The notes beneath the pieces were generated by a model that was given only the letters and a program-made list of their open reading frames with translations, searched no databases and was not told the DNA's origin. A program made the position numbers and the translations under genes. This document shows, piece after piece, positions 47,269 to 51,026 of a stretch of DNA of 51,026 bases. Position 1 is the first letter of the stretch; each line of letters opens with the position of its first letter. Where the stretch lies: positions 1-51,026 of the forward strand of contig JACQTF010000031.1 in assembly GCA_016210925.1 (NCBI GenBank). The letters run 5' to 3'. The stretch comes from Acidobacteriota bacterium (GTDB lineage Bacteria; Acidobacteriota; UBA6911; JACQTF01).

Positions 47269-50200
47269 CTAGAACGGTACGTCCTGAGCCTCAGGGCTTG
47301 AGACTATCACAGAAAGGCCGGAAGACAAGCCCTCAATTGCGGCCAGCAAATCGGGCCCGTACCCGACCTTGAGGGGGGGAGTGGGTTCCAGGCGAATCCA
47401 GCTGCCGTCGGGCTGACGCAGTTCGAAGCGCACCCCGGTGGCTCCGGGATAGTTCCGGAGCAGGTCATACAGGGCGCTGGCGGTCTCGCGGGAAGTGAGG
47501 TTCAGGTCCACCCGTACCAGGAGGTGCTGGGGGGGAAGTGACCGGGCTTCCCCCAAGGGGATCACGTCGCTGGCCAGAAGGCGAATCCGGGCGTCCTCTT
47601 CCACCTCGCACCGTCCCTTCACCAACACGGGAGCGTTGGCCTTGAGGGCCTGCCAGCACTTTTCGAAGACGGTGGGAAAGACCACGACCTCCGCGGTTCC
47701 GGCCAGGTCCTCCAGGGTGAATACTGCCATCTGATCGCCCCGCTTGGTTCGGAGACGCCGCGAGGCGGTCACCAGTCCTGCAACGGTCACCTCGGAGCCG
47801 GACTGCTTTTCTCCCAAGTCGTCCAGCCGCTCAGCTCCCAGTTGTCGGATGGTGTCCAGGTGGGGATGGAGAGGATGGCCGGTCACGTAAAATCCCACGG
47901 TCTCCCTCTCGTGAGCGAGCCGCTGGAACTCGGTCCAGTCCTCCACGTCGGGCAGCTCCTCCCGCGCCGAGGGAGCGGGGAAGGCAGTGGTGCCGAAGAG
48001 GCCTTGTTGGCCGGTGAGGCGGTCCCGCTGGGCTTTCTGGCCGTGCTCCATGGCTTTGTCGATGACGGCGAAGAGTTGAGCGCGACGGTAACCCAGGGAA
48101 TCGAAGGCCCCGGCTTTGATCAGACTCTCCAGGACCCGCTTGTTCACCAGGCGGAGGTCCACCTTCTCGCAAAACTGAAACAGGGAATCGAAGCGGCCCA
48201 CCTCCTGGCGAGAGGCCAGGACGGACTTGATCGCCGCCTCACCCACGTTCTTGATGGCGGCCAGCCCGAAGCGGACGGCGGACCCCGCGGCCTGGAAGTG
48301 CAGGCTCCCGTCGTTGATGTCCGGGGGCAGGATGGGAATCCCCATCTCCTTGCACTCGCTCAGATGGCGCACCATCTTGTCGGGTTTGTCCATCTCGCAG
48401 GTCAGGAGAGCCGCCATGAAAGGCACCGGATAGTGGGTTTTCAGGTAAGCGGTCTGGAAGGAGATCAGGGCGTAGGCCGTGCTGTGAGACTTATTGAACC
48501 CGTAGCCCGCGAATCGCTCCATGAGGTCGAAGATCCGCTTCGCCTTCTTCTCCGGGATCCGGTTTTTCCTGGCACCCGCCAGGAATTTTTCCCTCTGGGC
48601 CTGCATCACCTCGGGCTTCTTCTTGCCCATGGCCCGGCGCAGCAGGTCCGCTTCCCCCAAGGTGAAGTCCCCCAATTTGGACGCAATCTGCATCACCTGC
48701 TCCTGGTACACGATGACGCCGTAAGTTTCCGCCAGAATCTCCTGGAGTTCCGGCAGCTCGTACGAGACCTGGATTTCGCCGTGCTTGCGCTGGATGAACT
48801 CCTCGATCATGCCCCCCTGGATGGGGCCTGGCCGGTAGAGGGCATTCAGCGCGATCAGCTCCTCGAACTTGGTGGGCTTGAATTTTCGCAGGATCTCCCG
48901 CATGCCCGAGCTCTCGAACTGGAACACGCCCGTGGTGCGCCCCTCCGAGAAGAGGCGATAGGTCTCGGGGTCGTCCAGGGGAAGGTTCTCCAGATCGATG
49001 GCCGTGGCCAGTTGCTCCCGGATCTGCCGGACGGCCTCCTCGATGACGGTGAGGGTGGCCAGTCCCAGGAAATCCATCTTCAGCAGCCCGATCTCCTCCA
49101 GGTCCGTCATGGCATACTGGGTGGTGATTTCGTCCTTGTTGGTCTGGTAGAGAGGAACCAGCTCCATCAAAGGGCGAGGCGCAATGACCACTCCGGCGGC
49201 GTGGGTGGAGGCATGGCGCGCCAGGCCTTCCAGCTTCTTCGCTACCTGGAGGAGCTGGTCTACCTTGGGATCCTGACGCGCTTCCTGCAACTGCGGAACC
49301 GTTGCCAGGGCCTTGTCAATGGTGGCGTCCAGAGTGTTGGGGATCAATTTCGCGATCCGGTCCACCTCGTTGTAAGGGATGTTCAGGCCGCGCCCGGCAT
49401 CCCGGATGACCCCCCGGGCTGCCATGGTGCCGAAGGTGATGATTTGGCATACGTTCTCGCGGCCGTACTTGCGGGTCACGTACTCGATCACCTCGCCCCG
49501 GCGGTTCATGCAGAAGTCGATGTCGATGTCCGGCGGCGTGATCCGTTCCGGATTCAAAAAGCGTTCGAACAGCAGGCCGTACCTCAGAGGATCGATGTCG
49601 GTGATCCTCAGGCAGTAAGAGACGAGGCTGCCGGCAGCGGAGCCCCGGCCTGGGCCCACAGGGATGGCCCGTTCCTGGGCGTAGCGGATGAAATCCCACA
49701 CGATGAGGAAGTAGCTGGAGAACTGGGTCTCCTTGATGATGGCGATTTCCTGTTCCAGGCGCGCGCGGTAGGCTTCCAGGGGTTGCCCTAGCCTATTCTG
49801 GGACGCCAGCCGCTTCAGCTGGAGCGCGCGCTCCTCGAATCCCTCCCGAACGATCTTCTCGAAGTACGAATCGGCCGTGTGGCCGGCCGGGACGTCGAAC
49901 TGGGGCAGATGCAGCCGCGACTTGTCGATCTCGAAGTGGCAGCGGGAGGCGATCTCGGCGGTGCGTTCCACGGCCCCCGGTATCTCGCGGAACACGGCGG
50001 CCATCTCATTGTCCGTCTTGAAGTAAAACTGGCCGCCCGGGTACCGCATCCGATTCGGGTCCTCCACCGTCTTGCCGGTCTGGATGCACAACAGGACATC
50101 GTGGGCGGGTGCGTCCTCGGCGGTCAGGTAGTGAACATCGTTGGTGGCCACCAGGGGAATGCCCGTGCGGCGCGAGATTTCTCTCAGGCCGGGATGGGTC

Positions 50201-50754
50201 TTCTTCTGGGCGTCCAGGCCGTGGTCCTGGATCTCCAGGAAAAAATTGTCCCTGCCCAGGATCTCCCGGAGCTCGCACGCAGCCGCCTCCGCCCCGGGCA
50301 GATCGTCCTTCAAGAGGTTGCTGCACACGGCCCCCTTCAAGCACGCGGACAAGGCCATCAGGCCGCGACTGTGGGCGGACAGCAGCTCCTTGTCAATCCG
50401 GGGCTTGTAGTAGAAACCCTCCAGGTAGCCCTTCGAGACCAGCTGGATCAGGTTTCGATACCCTTCCTGTGTTTCGACGAGCAGGATCAGGTGATTGGAG
50501 TTGTCGCTGCCGCCGCTCTTTTTGTGACGGCTGTCCCTGGCCACGTAGATCTCGCAACCCAGGAGCGGCTGGATGCCCCGCTTGGTTGCGGCGTTGTAAA
50601 ACTCGACGGCTCCGAACAGGTTGCCATGGTCGGTCATGGCCAGAGCGTGCATCTCCCGCTGCACGGCCAGATCCAACAGCTGGTCGATCTTGCAGGCGCC
50701 GTCCAGGAGGCTGTAGTCGGTGTGCAGATGCAGGTGAACGAACTTGCCGCTCAT
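47269..50754 (-). CDS. dnaE: DNA polymerase III alpha subunit
   Basis: HLHLHTDYSLLDG, GRGSAAGS, PDIDID, KMDFLGL and YGFNKSHS motifs; normal length. Confidence 0.98.
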   Translation of the reverse strand: MSGKFVHLHLHTDYSLLDGACKIDQLLDLAVQREMHALAMTDHGNLFGAVEFYNAATKRGIQPLLGCEIYVARDSRHKKSGGSDNSNHLILLVETQEGYRNLIQLVSKGYLEGFYYKPRIDKELLSAHSRGLMALSACLKGAVCSNLLKDDLPGAEAAACELREILGRDNFFLEIQDHGLDAQKKTHPGLREISRRTGIPLVATNDVHYLTAEDAPAHDVLLCIQTGKTVEDPNRMRYPGGQFYFKTDNEMAAVFREIPGAVERTAEIASRCHFEIDKSRLHLPQFDVPAGHTADSYFEKIVREGFEERALQLKRLASQNRLGQPLEAYRARLEQEIAIIKETQFSSYFLIVWDFIRYAQERAIPVGPGRGSAAGSLVSYCLRITDIDPLRYGLLFERFLNPERITPPDIDIDFCMNRRGEVIEYVTRKYGRENVCQIITFGTMAARGVIRDAGRGLNIPYNEVDRIAKLIPNTLDATIDKALATVPQLQEARQDPKVDQLLQVAKKLEGLARHASTHAAGVVIAPRPLMELVPLYQTNKDEITTQYAMTDLEEIGLLKMDFLGLATLTVIEEAVRQIREQLATAIDLENLPLDDPETYRLFSEGRTTGVFQFESSGMREILRKFKPTKFEELIALNALYRPGPIQGGMIEEFIQRKHGEIQVSYELPELQEILAETYGVIVYQEQVMQIASKLGDFTLGEADLLRRAMGKKKPEVMQAQREKFLAGARKNRIPEKKAKRIFDLMERFAGYGFNKSHSTAYALISFQTAYLKTHYPVPFMAALLTCEMDKPDKMVRHLSECKEMGIPILPPDINDGSLHFQAAGSAVRFGLAAIKNVGEAAIKSVLASRQEVGRFDSLFQFCEKVDLRLVNKRVLESLIKAGAFDSLGYRRAQLFAVIDKAMEHGQKAQRDRLTGQQGLFGTTAFPAPSAREELPDVEDWTEFQRLAHERETVGFYVTGHPLHPHLDTIRQLGAERLDDLGEKQSGSEVTVAGLVTASRRLRTKRGDQMAVFTLEDLAGTAEVVVFPTVFEKCWQALKANAPVLVKGRCEVEEDARIRLLASDVIPLGEARSLPPQHLLVRVDLNLTSRETASALYDLLRNYPGATGVRFELRQPDGSWIRLEPTPPLKVGYGPDLLAAIEGLSSGLSVIVSSPEAQDVPF

Positions 50755-50771
50755 GTGCGTAGGAGCCTAGC

Positions 50772-50812
50772 ACAGGAATTGCGAATTAGGAATCAGGAAT
50801 TAACCTGAATTC
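50772..50812. repeat. Tandem heptamer repeat (YAGGAAT-type)
   Basis: caggaat tgcgaat taggaat caggaat upstream of dnaE. Confidence 0.6.
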
Positions 50813-50924
50813 GGCGCCAAGAATGGTTGGAGCACCATCCGATCCATGCGCCTCAGGGTATCCCAGAAGCCCGCTGGGGCAATGTGCGGTCTCCGTTTAG
50901 GGAATCTTGTTTTCTTGAATCTCC

Positions 50925-51026
50925 CTATCGTTTCCCTAACGACTCAAGCAGGCTGCGAAGGGTTTGGTAAACATCCCGGCGATGGCCCACGTGATAGATC
51001 TCCACAAAAGACTCTCCCTCGTTTAG
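50925..51026 (-). CDS. C-terminus of a RelE/ParE family toxin (runs off the window edge)
   Basis: Manual translation LNEGESFVEIYHVGHRRDVYQTLRSLLESLGKR*; GHRRDVY is the typical RelE C-terminal motif. Confidence 0.8.
   Translation of the reverse strand, partial: LNEGESFVEIYHVGHRRDVYQTLRSLLESLGKR

Noticed and set aside
47269-50754. Intein in DnaE
   Set aside because: The length is normal (1161 aa), the motifs are continuous and no splicing signatures are seen.

Overview
GC-rich bacterial chromosomal window, most likely Acidobacteriota (inferred from the acidobacterial-type VWA protein, the small membrane proteins and the gene order). It is mostly housekeeping operons: leuB-pfkB-pncB-pncA-hemW-ltaE-acyl-CoA dehydrogenase-meaB-mce; MBL hydrolase-mtnP-pfkB-TPR; two tandem lipid A acyltransferases; CoA transferase A/B-thiolase-HAD; argG; hisS-aspS-mutL-VWA; and dnaE-accA-M20-dapD-aminotransferase. 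Between these lie toxin-antitoxin modules, gene remnants (integron-type integrase, HicAB, PLP decarboxylase, desaturase, gamma-carbonic anhydrase), a SWIM-SNF2 helicase and a single-ring Clp-type AAA+ gene with a putative sigma-54 promoter. The most striking signal lies outside the ORF track: four tiny (25-101 bp) elements with perfect terminal inverted repeats and exact flanking direct repeats. Three sit on translation starts in one operon. Removing them in silico restores TAATG and ATGA gene overlaps or a canonical N-terminus, and each has an open reading frame running through it. Tandem 7-mer and 8-mer palindromic repeats mark other gene junctions. No CRISPR array, rRNA or tRNA was recognised.
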